Shown here piece after piece: positions 9,052 to 19,788 of a stretch of DNA of 64,000 bases. The first letter of the stretch is position 1; each line of letters starts with the position of its first letter. The notes below the pieces were generated by a model that had not been told where the DNA came from, ran no database searches, and was given only the letters and a program-made list of their open reading frames with translations. The position numbers and the translations under genes were made by a program. Location of the stretch: NCBI GenBank assembly GCA_963665275.2, contig CAXXIN010000006.1:26164-90163 (forward strand). The letters run 5' to 3'. This DNA is from Negativicutes bacterium. Its GTDB lineage: Bacteria > Bacillota > Negativicutes > UBA1444.

Positions 9052-10412
9052 ACAATATTGGGATAGAAACTCTTACTCTAAATAAAGCGTCGACGTTGCT
9101 CCGCTCGCGGAAACTATCGCCGGTTGAACTGGTTCAGGCATGCCTGGATAGGATTGAACAGGTAGAGGGCCGAGTAAAAGCTTGGGTTACATTGCTCCCG
9201 GATCAGGCCCTCGCTCAGGCCAAACAGGCGGAACATGAAATTGTTCACAACCAATATCGGGGTCCCCTTCATGGGATTCCCTATGGGGCCAAAGATATCA
9301 TCCATACGGCGGGGATTCGCACCAGCGGAGGATCTCAGGTGGAGCCGAATTTTGTGCCCCGTGAGAATGCGACCATTATCCATAAACTGTCGAGCGCCGG
9401 AGCGATTTTGCTTGGGAAAACAACCACTACCGAATTCGCTTTTCTTGGCGGCGAGCCGGCTACGCGTAATCCTTGGAATTTGGCGCATACGCCAGGGGGA
9501 TCTAGCGCCGGATCGGCTGCGGCGGTGTCTGCATCCATGGCGCTGTTTGCCCTGGGAACGCAGACGGTTGGTTCCTTGCTCCGCCCTGCGTCTTTTAACG
9601 GTCTAACCTGTATTAAATCTACCTATGGGCTTGTGAGCCGAAGGGGCGTAATTCCTGCCAGCTGGAGCTTGGACCACCTGGGGGCCTTTACCCATACGGT
9701 GGAGGATAACGCGACGGTATTGTCTGCGATTGCCGGATACGATCCGCTGGATCCCGCCTCACTTGAGGTCAACATCCCTTCCTATGCCGATTCGCTCGGA
9801 ATGTTGCTCGAGGGAAAGACGATTGGACTGCCCACTTCTTTTTTCCTTGCAGAAGATCCGAGGATTATGCAAGCTGTGGAACAGGCGGTTAAAGTGCTGG
9901 AAGAATTAGGATTCCAAGTTCGAAAGATAGATTTGCCGACATGCCTGGCTGAAGCAAATGCCTCTTTGCAAATTGTGATGCGCTCAGAAGCGGCATCCTA
10001 TCATCAAACGCAGTATTCAAAGGCGCCGGAAAATTTCGGTCCGTATATTCGAGAACAGATTGCCTTGGGAAGACAAACCCTTGCGGTTGATTATCTGCAG
10101 GCTCAGCGGATTCGGACCATGTTCCGTAATGAAATGCTGAAACTGTTTGATAAGGTGGATATCCTTCTTACCCCGTCGACAACTACGGTTGCACCCATCG
10201 GCTATGGCACCGGAAATCCTATTTTCAACGGACCCTTTACGAATGCTGGACTGCCGGCCCTGACTGTTCCTGTCGGGTTTGATGCATCAACCGGTCTGCC
10301 GATTGGTATGCAATTGGTGGGGCCGCTGTTGGCCGAACCGTTGTTGCTGGCAGTCGGCGCCCAATATCAAAAGGTGACTGATTGGCATCAACAACGCCCT
10401 GGACTTGATTAG
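9048..10412 (+). CDS. Amidase-signature family enzyme (GatA/AtzE-like)
   Basis: GPLHGIPYGAKD, GGSSAGSAAAV and GTQTVGS (Lys-cisSer-Ser triad region). Confidence 0.9.
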   Translation: MNNIGIETLTLNKASTLLRSRKLSPVELVQACLDRIEQVEGRVKAWVTLLPDQALAQAKQAEHEIVHNQYRGPLHGIPYGAKDIIHTAGIRTSGGSQVEPNFVPRENATIIHKLSSAGAILLGKTTTTEFAFLGGEPATRNPWNLAHTPGGSSAGSAAAVSASMALFALGTQTVGSLLRPASFNGLTCIKSTYGLVSRRGVIPASWSLDHLGAFTHTVEDNATVLSAIAGYDPLDPASLEVNIPSYADSLGMLLEGKTIGLPTSFFLAEDPRIMQAVEQAVKVLEELGFQVRKIDLPTCLAEANASLQIVMRSEAASYHQTQYSKAPENFGPYIREQIALGRQTLAVDYLQAQRIRTMFRNEMLKLFDKVDILLTPSTTTVAPIGYGTGNPIFNGPFTNAGLPALTVPVGFDASTGLPIGMQLVGPLLAEPLLLAVGAQYQKVTDWHQQRPGLD

Positions 10413-10595
10413 GTGCGTCGCCTCAAATGATAAGGACGTTGAAAATTGCAGAAAGGAATAAATTTGGTGATGCCTATTGAAAATTGGAAGTTCTTTCATG
10501 CAATGTTTGAACATATTTTGAACACACAGTGCCAAAACGGCATGGGATGAGATGGGACGGAATACGCAGTTAAAAACGGCCTTCGCCTGGCGCCG

Positions 10596-10748
10596 TCAGT
10601 TGACTACTTGCTTTTTTGCCTTATTTCGAGTTTCCAAATTTTCTTTGATTCCATCCATCATTGTTTCCCACATTTTAGATGCAAGCTTAAAAAGTTTATT
10701 TAACTGGTAAATGGTAACAATAACATCATAGGCTGCGTATATTTTCAT
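10596..10748 (-). CDS. 50-aa hypothetical small protein (not in ORF track)
   Basis: RBS GGAGAAGGG, ATG, MKIYAAYDVIVTIYQLNKLFKLASKMWETMMDGIKENLETRNKAKKQVVN, then GC hairpin plus T-run. Confidence 0.5.
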   Translation of the reverse strand: MKIYAAYDVIVTIYQLNKLFKLASKMWETMMDGIKENLETRNKAKKQVVN

Positions 10749-11006
10749 AGCGCCCTTCTCCCGAACTCCAGACACTTCCTCTCTGATTTGCGTTGCGTTT
10801 CAGAGGGGATTTTTGTTTTCAGAGTTGAAAAGATTGTCAATGCTTCTACAGCTTGTTATTGATTTGCAAATATTCATGGGCGAAAAAGGGAGTATAATAA
10901 GGTGACCTAATTAAATTGAATATTTATTAAATTTAATTATTGACCCAAAATAGAATTTAATAAATATTATTCACGATTCTATGATAAGAAATACCGGAGG
11001 TGCATC

Positions 11007-13472
11007 ATGCGCCAGACTCCTACAATAACTATGCAAGTACTACGTACGATACTTGATAGTGTTCACGATGCGATCATTCTGCATGACATGGATGGAATAA
11101 TTATTGACGTCAATAATCGAATGTTGGAGATGTTTCAGGTTGAATATGATGAATCCTTGAAGCTAACCATCGGCCAGGGTTATTCCGGGCCCGAAAACGA
11201 CATTGCTTCATTGCCTGACAGCTGGAAAAAAGTAGTTCAGGGCGAGCCTATGTTGTTTGATTGGGTAGCGCGTCGACCCCATGACCACTCGTTGTTTGAT
11301 GCTGAAATTTACTTGTGCCGAGTAAAAATCTATAACACTGATGCCATCCTTGCAACGGTTCGGGACATTACGGCGAGAAAAAAAACGGAGCAAGCGTTGA
11401 ACAACAGTGAAAAGAAGTTCCGCAAATTGATTCAATCGGCGCCGGAAGCGATGGTCTTCGTTGACCCTCAGGGTAAGATCGTATTGGTCAATGACCAAAT
11501 GAAGAAGATGTTTGGATATGAAGAGGTTGAAATGAAGGGAAAAGCGGTGGAAATGTTAATTTCTCTAAATCATATTGACCATGCTGGACTTCGCGCCGAT
11601 TTCTTCGCCAACGCTTCAATTAAAGCTATGAAGGGTGGCGCAGAGCTGCTTGCTGTGCATAAGGATGATCATGAGTTTCCCGTAGCTGTAAACTTGAGCC
11701 AGATTGCAACGGAGGATGGGTTGGTAGTATGCGTAGCGGTCCGGGATATTACCGAGAACAAAAAAACCGAGCAACAGTTACGGTTGTGGGCTGAGATATT
11801 AAAAAACAGTGGCGAGGGAATGTTTGTCACGGATGTAGAGGCTAACATTATCCTGACCAACGATTCCTTTGTCCGCATATCAGGATACTCAACAGAGGAG
11901 ATTATTGGCCAAAAGCCAAGTCTTTTCAAATCTGACCGGCATGGCAGAGAATTCTACCAGCGTATGTGGAACTCTTTGCGGCAAACCGGATATTGGCAGG
12001 GGGAAATATGGGACCGGCGTAAAGACGGCACGGTTTATCCAAAGTGGTCTACGATCAGTCGAGTCATCGATGATAAGCAAAAGGTGACTCATTATATTGC
12101 TATTTTCAACGATATCACCGATCGTAAAAAGGCGGAAGACCGCATCCGTTATCTTGCATTTTACGATGACCTGACAGGCCTTCCGAACCGGAGTCTATTG
12201 CAAGACCGACTACAATCCGCGATCGAACACGCCAAAAGATTCGAAGAAAAATTAGCCGTGATGTTCATGGATCTGGATAACTTTAAAATTATTAATGATT
12301 CGTTGGGGCATTCCGCCGGAGATGATTTATTACAACAAGTGGGGAAACGGCTGGAGGGCATTTGCCGTTCATCAGACACCATTAGCCGATTCGGCGGAGA
12401 CGAGTTTGTCATCATCCTGCCAAGCAGTGAACATCCGCTTCACGCCGTTCATGTTGCTGAAAGAGTGGCCCAAGCCTTGAACACGTCTTTTGATATCAAC
12501 GGTTTTTCGCTACGAATGACGGCAAGCATAGGGATCTGTTTGTATCCCGAAGATGGCGGCGATGTTGACAGCCTCATCCGAAATGCGGATGTCGCTATGA
12601 ACAATATCAAGGAGAACGGGCGTGGCAATTATCGGTTTTATTCAATGGAACTTAATGCCATGGCAGCTGAACGTCTTTCTTTGATCAATGACCTGCGCCT
12701 GGCGCTGGAACAAAATGAATTTGTGCTACATTATCAGCCAAAAGTAAATGCCATCAGCGGGAAAATGACCGGAGTCGAGGCGTTGCTTCGCTGGAATCAC
12801 CCGAAGAAAGGGATGGTACCGCCACTGGCGTTCATTGCCGAACTAGAGGAAACGCGGCTCATCATTCCTGTCAGTGAGTGGATATTGCAAGAGGTTTGTC
12901 GGCAACAAAGAGAGTGGGCCCAAATGGGCCTTGGACAAATTTCCGTTGCGGTCAATATATCTGCTGTCCAGTTTCAACAGCCTGCGTTTCTCGAAACAAT
13001 TAAGGCGTTTATTGGCACTTGTGAAACTTGGCAATGCATCGAATTCGAGGTTACAGAGGGGGTTGTTTTGAAGAATCCCGCTGAAGCCATAGAAATAATG
13101 GAAAAACTTAAAGATATGGGGTTGCTTTTATCCTTGGATGATTTTGGCACAGGCTTTTCAAGCCTGAGTTATTTGCGCAGGTTGCCGATCGATAAATTAA
13201 AAATTGATCAAACTTTTGTACGGGAAATGATGGGGAATCCGAAGGATATTGTTATCATCAAAGCAATCCTGGATCTAAGTAAGGGACTGAATTTAAAGAC
13301 GATTGCCGAGGGTGTGGAAACGGAGGAACAACTGTCGATCCTTCGTTCAATGGGCTGTGATGAAATTCAGGGATATTATTTCGCCAAACCCATGCCTGGC
13401 GAGGCCTTTGTGCGTTGGCTGGATAGCCGGCCTGTTCTGGAAAAGCGGCTCCGGGTTGCGCAATGGAGGTGA
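11007..13472 (+). CDS. 3xPAS-GGDEF-EAL diguanylate cyclase/phosphodiesterase
   Basis: PAS/PAC repeats, RFGGDEF, EALLRW and DDFGTGFSSL motifs. Confidence 0.93.
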   Translation: MRQTPTITMQVLRTILDSVHDAIILHDMDGIIIDVNNRMLEMFQVEYDESLKLTIGQGYSGPENDIASLPDSWKKVVQGEPMLFDWVARRPHDHSLFDAEIYLCRVKIYNTDAILATVRDITARKKTEQALNNSEKKFRKLIQSAPEAMVFVDPQGKIVLVNDQMKKMFGYEEVEMKGKAVEMLISLNHIDHAGLRADFFANASIKAMKGGAELLAVHKDDHEFPVAVNLSQIATEDGLVVCVAVRDITENKKTEQQLRLWAEILKNSGEGMFVTDVEANIILTNDSFVRISGYSTEEIIGQKPSLFKSDRHGREFYQRMWNSLRQTGYWQGEIWDRRKDGTVYPKWSTISRVIDDKQKVTHYIAIFNDITDRKKAEDRIRYLAFYDDLTGLPNRSLLQDRLQSAIEHAKRFEEKLAVMFMDLDNFKIINDSLGHSAGDDLLQQVGKRLEGICRSSDTISRFGGDEFVIILPSSEHPLHAVHVAERVAQALNTSFDINGFSLRMTASIGICLYPEDGGDVDSLIRNADVAMNNIKENGRGNYRFYSMELNAMAAERLSLINDLRLALEQNEFVLHYQPKVNAISGKMTGVEALLRWNHPKKGMVPPLAFIAELEETRLIIPVSEWILQEVCRQQREWAQMGLGQISVAVNISAVQFQQPAFLETIKAFIGTCETWQCIEFEVTEGVVLKNPAEAIEIMEKLKDMGLLLSLDDFGTGFSSLSYLRRLPIDKLKIDQTFVREMMGNPKDIVIIKAILDLSKGLNLKTIAEGVETEEQLSILRSMGCDEIQGYYFAKPMPGEAFVRWLDSRPVLEKRLRVAQWR

Positions 13473-13854
13473 AGGATACAATACGAATATCAGGCAGACA
13501 TTCGTTCTACAATGCAAGCAAACGAGAATATAGCGGGGGCTTTCGAAAAACACATCTGGTACTACATGGATAACAAGAGAAATAGAATGAAGCAGAACGT
13601 GAAAGTCTCTTGTCACCAGAAACGGCGGCGGGGGCTTTCACAATTCTGCTGACAACTTCTTCTGTGGTGATGAACATTTAGCGGTTATCAAAATAAATCA
13701 GGAAAATCTATAGCTTATGCCACAATCAAATCCATTATATTAGTGCTATGCAACATAGTTTATATATAAAGGCCCGGGAAGTTTATAATGTTTATGATCC
13801 TAGATATTGTTGAAGGACGTGTCACTGTAATACACGTAGGGTAAGAAAGCTGCG

Positions 13855-13882
13855 GCAGGATTTCGATTTTAAATATCGAAAT
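13855..13882 (+). promoter_or_regulatory. SigH-like promoter
   Basis: GCAGGA-N17-GAAAT upstream of the GGDEF gene. Confidence 0.55.
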
Positions 13883-14002
13883 GATTATAAAAGCTTGAAA
13901 CAATACGGACAGGCGAATGTGATTGAAACTTAAGGTCGGTCAACAGTTGGAACTAAAGATGGCAAATGGTTGTTTTGTTCAATTCGCAGAGAGGTGCTTT
14001 TG

Positions 14003-14752
14003 ATGAAGGCGATAGACTTGCAAGTCGGAGAGGAACAGTATGGGCAATCGGCGGAAGTGTCTGATGATGCCGACATCAAGACGTCTGAAGAACTATCACA
14101 CGAAGCAATGTTACAGCTGATCCATGAATTGCAGGCGCAGAATAAACACCTGCTGCGCACGCAGGCGGAGCTGGCGGAAACATTGCGTGCTAAGGACGTT
14201 TTGCTGGAAAAGGCCGATACTCTCATGGCGGATAATCGGCAAACTGTACCCAGTCACGCGACTCATGATCCATTGACCGGCCTGCTTAAACTTCGCGGTG
14301 CACTGAAGCTGTTGTCCAAAGAACTGGCGCGTAACAAAAGAAATGGGGAAGAACTAGCCATCGGACTCTGTGATATTGATGGTTTCAAAGAGCTTTACGA
14401 TACCTACGGACATCGGGCCAGAAATGAAGTGTTGTGCTGGGTTGCCCAGACACTAACAACATGTCTCAGGGAGTATGATACTGTAGCACGAATCGGGGGA
14501 GAAAAATTTTTGTTGATAATGCCACTTCAGCCCGGAGGTGATGCCGAATCCGTCTGCGAGCGTATTTGTGAACAAATCAGCAAAAGCAAAATAGCAACTG
14601 TACGCGGAGATCTTAGTGTTACCGTTAGTATCGGCATTGCCTATGCCGCACAAGGCAGCGTAATTAATATTCTAAGGGCGGAGGCGGATGCCGCTTTGTC
14701 TCATGCAAAGAAACTGGGATGCAACCGAACTGTTTTTTTTGCAAAAGCTTAA
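14003..14752 (+). CDS. Coiled-coil plus degenerate GGDEF protein
   Basis: HDPLTGL, DIDGFK and RIGGEKF; RxxD I-site REYD; RBS GAGGTG. Confidence 0.82.
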   Translation: MKAIDLQVGEEQYGQSAEVSDDADIKTSEELSHEAMLQLIHELQAQNKHLLRTQAELAETLRAKDVLLEKADTLMADNRQTVPSHATHDPLTGLLKLRGALKLLSKELARNKRNGEELAIGLCDIDGFKELYDTYGHRARNEVLCWVAQTLTTCLREYDTVARIGGEKFLLIMPLQPGGDAESVCERICEQISKSKIATVRGDLSVTVSIGIAYAAQGSVINILRAEADAALSHAKKLGCNRTVFFAKA

Positions 14753-14819
14753 AGATGGCTTCATAGCGGATTAGAAATGTTTTTTGGGCATTGCCGAGAG
14801 TTACTGGATATATATATAG

Positions 14820-16060
14820 GGAAATACTGATTTAATCTCCCTAAGAACAGGCATTTTATCAATCCGCGCCGAATATATGGTAATAGGAAACGCCATATAG
14901 ATTAAGGCGCGGAGGGATCGAGGATGGAAAAGCAGACCTCGTTCAGTGAATGGGAATACAACGGTAAGAAAAAGCAAACTCGTCGAGATTTGTTCCTGGG
15001 AAAAATGGAAACCTTGGTTCCCTGGCAAGAATGGGTGGCACTTATTGAACCTCACTATCCGAAGGGAGAACGTGGACGCCCGCCCATTGGATGTGAACGA
15101 ATGCTTCGCCTGTATCTGCTCCAAGCTTGGTACAATTTGTCGGACGAAGGGATGGAAGATGCTGTTTACGACAGCCAAGCCCTCCGGCAATTTAGTCGGA
15201 TTGATTTGGCGCACGAATCTGTTCCAGATGCCACGACCTTGTTGGAATTTCGCCATCTGCTGGAGAAATATAAACTACCGAAGCAGATGTTTGAAGAACT
15301 GCGCACCCGCCTTGGCAACCAAGGCGTTTTCATGAAAGAGGGAACCATCGTGGATGCCACAATCATTGAATCATCCGGCTCAACAAAGAACGAGCGCCAC
15401 GAGAGAGACCCCCAAATGCACCAAACCAAGAAGGGCAACGAATAGCATTTTGGCATGAAAGCCCATATCGGAGTGGACGCTGCGAGTGGGCTGGTCCATA
15501 CGTTGGTGACAACGCCAGCCAATGTCGCCGATATTGCGAAGACCACTGAATTGCTGCACGGGGAAGAAGAGATCGTATATGCGGATGCAGGTTACACAGG
15601 GATCGAAAAAAGGGAGAACATCAAAGAACAATGGGGCAAGATCACCTGGTTGGTAGCTAAAAGGCGCGGCGGGATTCAAAAGCTGGTTGAGAGTTTGGAA
15701 AAGGAAGCTGTGCTGGCGGAGGAATACGCGAAGTCCTCGGTTCGATCCCTGGTCGAGCACCCGTTTCACTACATCAAGAACTTATTTGGATATGCCAAGG
15801 CGCGTTACCGGGGTCTGGAAAAGAACGAATCACAGTTGTTTGTGCTCTTTGCTTCAACCAACCTGTTGATTGCCGGACGCAGAAATGTTCCGGTGACCAG
15901 TTGATGTCCGCATAGAGGAAGAAGTCTGCTCCGAAACCGGAATAACCGGTTGGCGCAGGCGAAACAACTACTGTTTTACGTGACCGAAGGCAAGCTTTCA
16001 TCAAAACAAATGAGCATTGCACAGTTGAATTTGTGACAACATCGATTATTCAGTAGTTCC
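14820..16060 (+). mobile_element. IS5-family insertion sequence (about 1.24 kb)
   Basis: Imperfect TIRs GGAAATACTGATTTAATC and (reverse complement) GGAACTACTGAATAATC; flanks ATAG/TTAG resemble a YTAR target. Confidence 0.85.
14924..15904 (+). pseudogene. IS5 transposase with in-frame amber stop
   Basis: Two ORFs in the same frame; TKKGNE*HFGMKAHIGVD, with TAG at 15443-15445 replacing the conserved Trp. Confidence 0.88.
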
Positions 16061-16085
16061 TTAGTTTGCAGACTTTTCATTACAA

Positions 16086-17015
16086 CTATCCACTTCTGTC
16101 TATTTGATCGTTTTCATTTTGCCTAACCATATTTCTCGACATTGTGCAATTTCTTCCAGCTTGTTTTGCCAAATATAAATATTTATCTACTATACTTAAC
16201 AATTGCTGCATATTGACATCTTCTCCGTTAAAGGTATGCACGCCAAAGCTTGCAGTAATGCTGATAGGCCCAGCCGTTGTTTCCGTAACTGTTTTTTCAA
16301 CGTGAATCCGCATTCTCTCGGCAACTTCATAAGCTTCACGCTCTTGACAATTGGTTAAAAAAATCAGAAATTCTTCTCCCCCATACCTAGCCACGCAATC
16401 TCTGCCGTTTTGCCGAATGTACTTACTAATTACATCTGCAAATGCAATTAGTATCTCATCTCCAACCCCATGTCCGTACTGGTCGTTTACTTTCTTAAAA
16501 TGGTCAATATCAGCCATTACGAGAGATATGGGTTGTTGGTTCATGCGCGTAGTTCCCATTTCCATAGGAAGAGTGTTCGCTATATATCTTCTGTTATAAA
16601 TATTTGTCAACTCATCCATATTGGCAAGATTGTACAGATTAGCAAAAGCATCGTGATTATTATCTTTCAACTCTTGAAAGAGTCTTTCAACGCTCTGATC
16701 GTTAATACATTTTACAAGCTCTATCGCAACAAGTTCCTGCCCAAAACGAACAGGCATAGCGATTACTATGAAAACATCTCCATGTAGTTGCACTATGTTA
16801 AAAAGGGTCTCATTAAGCTCTGCTGCTTTTAAAGCAATACAACATTTACATTTTTCTCCTCCATGAGACAAGCAAAAGCAATCCTCTTTATTATTCTGCC
16901 GCTTTCTGGAGTTTGAACTATTAGCTTTTGTCTCTAACGGCTTAATTACTTGAACAAAATCAAAATACCCGCTAAACACTTTCAAATCTTCAAGGAATTT
17001 CCCTTTTATTTCCAC
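16086..17015 (-). CDS. Diguanylate cyclase (GGEEF)
   Basis: DELTNIYNRR, DIDHFKKVNDQYGH and RYGGEEF; GTG start after GAGGAGG. Confidence 0.88.
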   Translation of the reverse strand: MEIKGKFLEDLKVFSGYFDFVQVIKPLETKANSSNSRKRQNNKEDCFCLSHGGEKCKCCIALKAAELNETLFNIVQLHGDVFIVIAMPVRFGQELVAIELVKCINDQSVERLFQELKDNNHDAFANLYNLANMDELTNIYNRRYIANTLPMEMGTTRMNQQPISLVMADIDHFKKVNDQYGHGVGDEILIAFADVISKYIRQNGRDCVARYGGEEFLIFLTNCQEREAYEVAERMRIHVEKTVTETTAGPISITASFGVHTFNGEDVNMQQLLSIVDKYLYLAKQAGRNCTMSRNMVRQNENDQIDRSG

Positions 17016-17266
17016 ACGCCTCCTCAACATATAATCTTTTTCATTAACATTGCGACGAAAAATAAAAAACCTCCATCAACAAGATGAAGGCTTTTCATAA
17101 GGCAGCTAAAAATAACAATACTTTACTGCATAACTTTGCCACTAACAAGCATATTAAAATCTATGAATTTTGTTCATGCGATGAATACTGCTTGTACTAC
17201 CTGCTCCACCATCGTGATCAGTGTGCAATAGAAGCTGCAAGCTTTGCAAAGTAAACCAATCCTCAA

Positions 17267-18031
17267 TTAAGATATCACATCATTATCGCATTGTCTAGCA
17301 ATCACTACTGCAATTAAAAGGTTTTTTTCAAAATCAACCTTGATACGTTTATCAGGAATATAATTATATTCTGAATGGAATACATGATCAATTACTTCAC
17401 TGAGCAAACTTGCCAGCAATTCACGAACAGAAAGACCTTCATCGCAGCTGTTTGAAACATAGTTATTTATATACAACGGTATAATCCCAAAAACACATAT
17501 TACCATGTACTGATTGCCTAAAATCGCGGTTGTTATCCGCTCTGGCCCCCTGCCCGACAAATAACGAATATGGCTTGATGCCATTCGTGTCAACTTATCT
17601 TCCAAATTTCCGTTGTGTATTCCAACAGCCTTAAATATGGGCCTATCAAATATTTTGACACTATAAGCACAGACCTCATCGTTGATAGTGCTGGGGCAAG
17701 CGTTGGGGCAAAACATGTACCAAAAATCTATTTTTGCCTTATAATACTCTTCCAGTTTTTCGCGCATATGGGAGCAAGTTATTTCCATTATAAACTGCAC
17801 GTATTTTTCGACTGATATTGTTTGTAAATATTCAATTTTGACCCGCTCCCATTTTTCACGAGAAGTCGTCATCAAGAAAAGCTGAATGTCTTTCCGGCAA
17901 ATGCACTGCGTAAGCTTAAACACCCCAGGTAATTTATATTGTTTTTGCATTGCCTCCATTAATTGCCCGTGAGTATTTACAAATTGTTGAGGTTCATACC
18001 TTTCCGCCGAAATTTCATCATATGTCATCAT
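17267..18031 (-). CDS. MpsC/DUF2294-domain protein
   Basis: RYLSGRGPERITT resembles the DUF2294 G(K/R)GP motif; RBS GGGGG before ATG. Confidence 0.5.
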   Translation of the reverse strand: MMTYDEISAERYEPQQFVNTHGQLMEAMQKQYKLPGVFKLTQCICRKDIQLFLMTTSREKWERVKIEYLQTISVEKYVQFIMEITCSHMREKLEEYYKAKIDFWYMFCPNACPSTINDEVCAYSVKIFDRPIFKAVGIHNGNLEDKLTRMASSHIRYLSGRGPERITTAILGNQYMVICVFGIIPLYINNYVSNSCDEGLSVRELLASLLSEVIDHVFHSEYNYIPDKRIKVDFEKNLLIAVVIARQCDNDVIS

Positions 18032-18234
18032 AATATCGGCCCCCAAAAAAAGAATCCTTCTTACGTAAAACGTTAGATAATGTAGGATTTGCGGAAACAA
18101 ATATAAAGCTACTGCTCTACAACTGAATAACTTGCCATATAATATTTTCTTCATTTGTTGCACAATACCTTCCTGCTATAAAAACGAGCGACTTTACCAA
18201 GATTTGATGGACAACCAGAATGCCTCTATAATAA

Positions 18235-19480
18235 GATAGCGTACAATTAAGTTCGCAAAAGTGAAAAAGGAATAGCCATCGATGACTCCGAAAAGGTAAG
18301 TGCTCAGCAAACCAAGAAGGAGAGTGTATCATCGATGGCTTACCCAAATTTTAACGTACCTTTTGAAAAAATGCTAATGAAATTTATGTCAGAAGAAGAT
18401 CCCATGCTATCCATGCTCAAGTGGCTCTGCGAAAGGCTCATGGAAGCAGAAGTGGATGAAAAGATCGGCGCCGAAAAATCTGAGAGAGCATCAAACCGAC
18501 AAGGCTATCGATCTGGATATCGGATTCGCCGATTCGACACACGGATGGGGACGATGTATTTGATGCGCCAAAGGCGTATCCACTCGAAAAATCGAAAAAC
18601 TGACTAAGACCTTGGGCATTGAATCGATCTCCCTCAGCCAGGTATCGATCATTACGAAGGACCTAAATGAACAGGTCGAAGCCTTTCGCAATCGACAAAT
18701 TGAAGCTACCTATCCAGTCCTGTGGGTCGATGCTCTGTATGAAAAAATTCGCGACAACCGTAGTGTCAAAAACATGGCGGTATTAGTTGTAAGTGGCATT
18801 ACCGTGGAAGAAAAACGAGATATTTTGGCCATAGAACCCATGTGTGAGGAATCAGCTACCACTTATAGCGAACTCTTTGAAAATCTCAAAGCACGCGGTC
18901 TGGAAAAGGTATGGTTGGTAGTTTCGGATGCCCACAAGGGCCTAATTAAAGCAGCCCGGGAATCTTTTGTCGGTTGCTCCTGGCAACGGTGCAAGGTGCA
19001 TTTCATGCGCAATATTCTGGCGCATATCTCTGGCAGGGATAAGAAATCCTTTGCTGAAAAACTCAAGCAAATTTGGCTCCAGCCCGATTACGACAGTGCT
19101 AAAAAGTACGCCAATTCACTGATGGACGAGTATGAATCCAAGTATCCCGAGGCCGTGGCCATTCTGGAAGAGGGGTTAGAAGATTCACTGCAGTTTTTCA
19201 GTTATTCCGAGATTGACTCCCGCAAGATCGCGTCAACCAACATCTTGGAACGGTTAAATCGAGAAATCCGCAGAAGAACCAAGGTTGTAGGAATATTCCC
19301 CAGCATGGATTCTTATATTCGACTAGTGACCAGTTATTTGATTGAGTACAGCGAAGACTGGCATAGTGGTCGTTCCTATATTAACCCGAAAATAATCGAT
19401 GCAATCCAGCAGGCACATGAACAGGCTGCATTATCCTTGAAGAGTCAAGATGGTTTTTGCGAACATTTATTGACACTATC
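18235..19480 (+). mobile_element. IS256-family element, internally deleted
   Basis: TIRs GATAGCGTACAATTAAGTTCGCAAAA and (reverse complement) GATAGTGTCAATAAATGTTCGCAAAA; no target duplication. Confidence 0.85.
18335..19440 (+). pseudogene. IS256 transposase with internal deletion and frameshift
   Basis: YRSGYR..DTRMGTMYL joined out of frame to GVSTRKIEKL; VSDAHKGL, WQRCKVHF and STNILERLNREIRRR motifs. Confidence 0.88.
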
Positions 19481-19636
19481 AAGCGAGGCTCCATGCAAAC
19501 GAAGTCGCGCCTGTCGGCGAAAATATTCGAAAACATCGAAGTTACCGGAGAGATCGTTTCGACCATGGTGCGCGGGACTTTCGTGAAAGAAAATGGAGCC
19601 ATGGTAGCAGAAAAAAAGGGTTTGGGCAAATATTGA
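19481..19636 (+). pseudogene. 3' remnant of a dihydroorotase/allantoinase-family amidohydrolase
   Basis: MQTKSRLSAKIFENIEVTGEIVSTMVRGTFVKENG starts exactly at the IS256 right end. Confidence 0.6.
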
Positions 19637-19788
19637 AGCCGTTAGGGCGGCGTACGGCAAATTAATTGAATGGAAGGCGATTCTTGGAGCATTGAATGAG
19701 CATAAAGCAGTGAAATAAGTGCAGGGAAAGTTGGCGTTGCGCTGTTACACAGCTGTGCAAAAAAAATGCTTTTTAGAATTCGCCTTTC

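Noticed and set aside
10908-10939. AT-rich palindrome before the PAS-GGDEF-EAL gene
   Set aside because: Could be an operator, but such palindromes are expected by chance in very AT-rich DNA and there is no second copy
13533-13639. 12-bp direct repeat GCGGGGGCTTTC (two copies)
   Set aside because: Only two copies, one being a hairpin arm; no array or element structure
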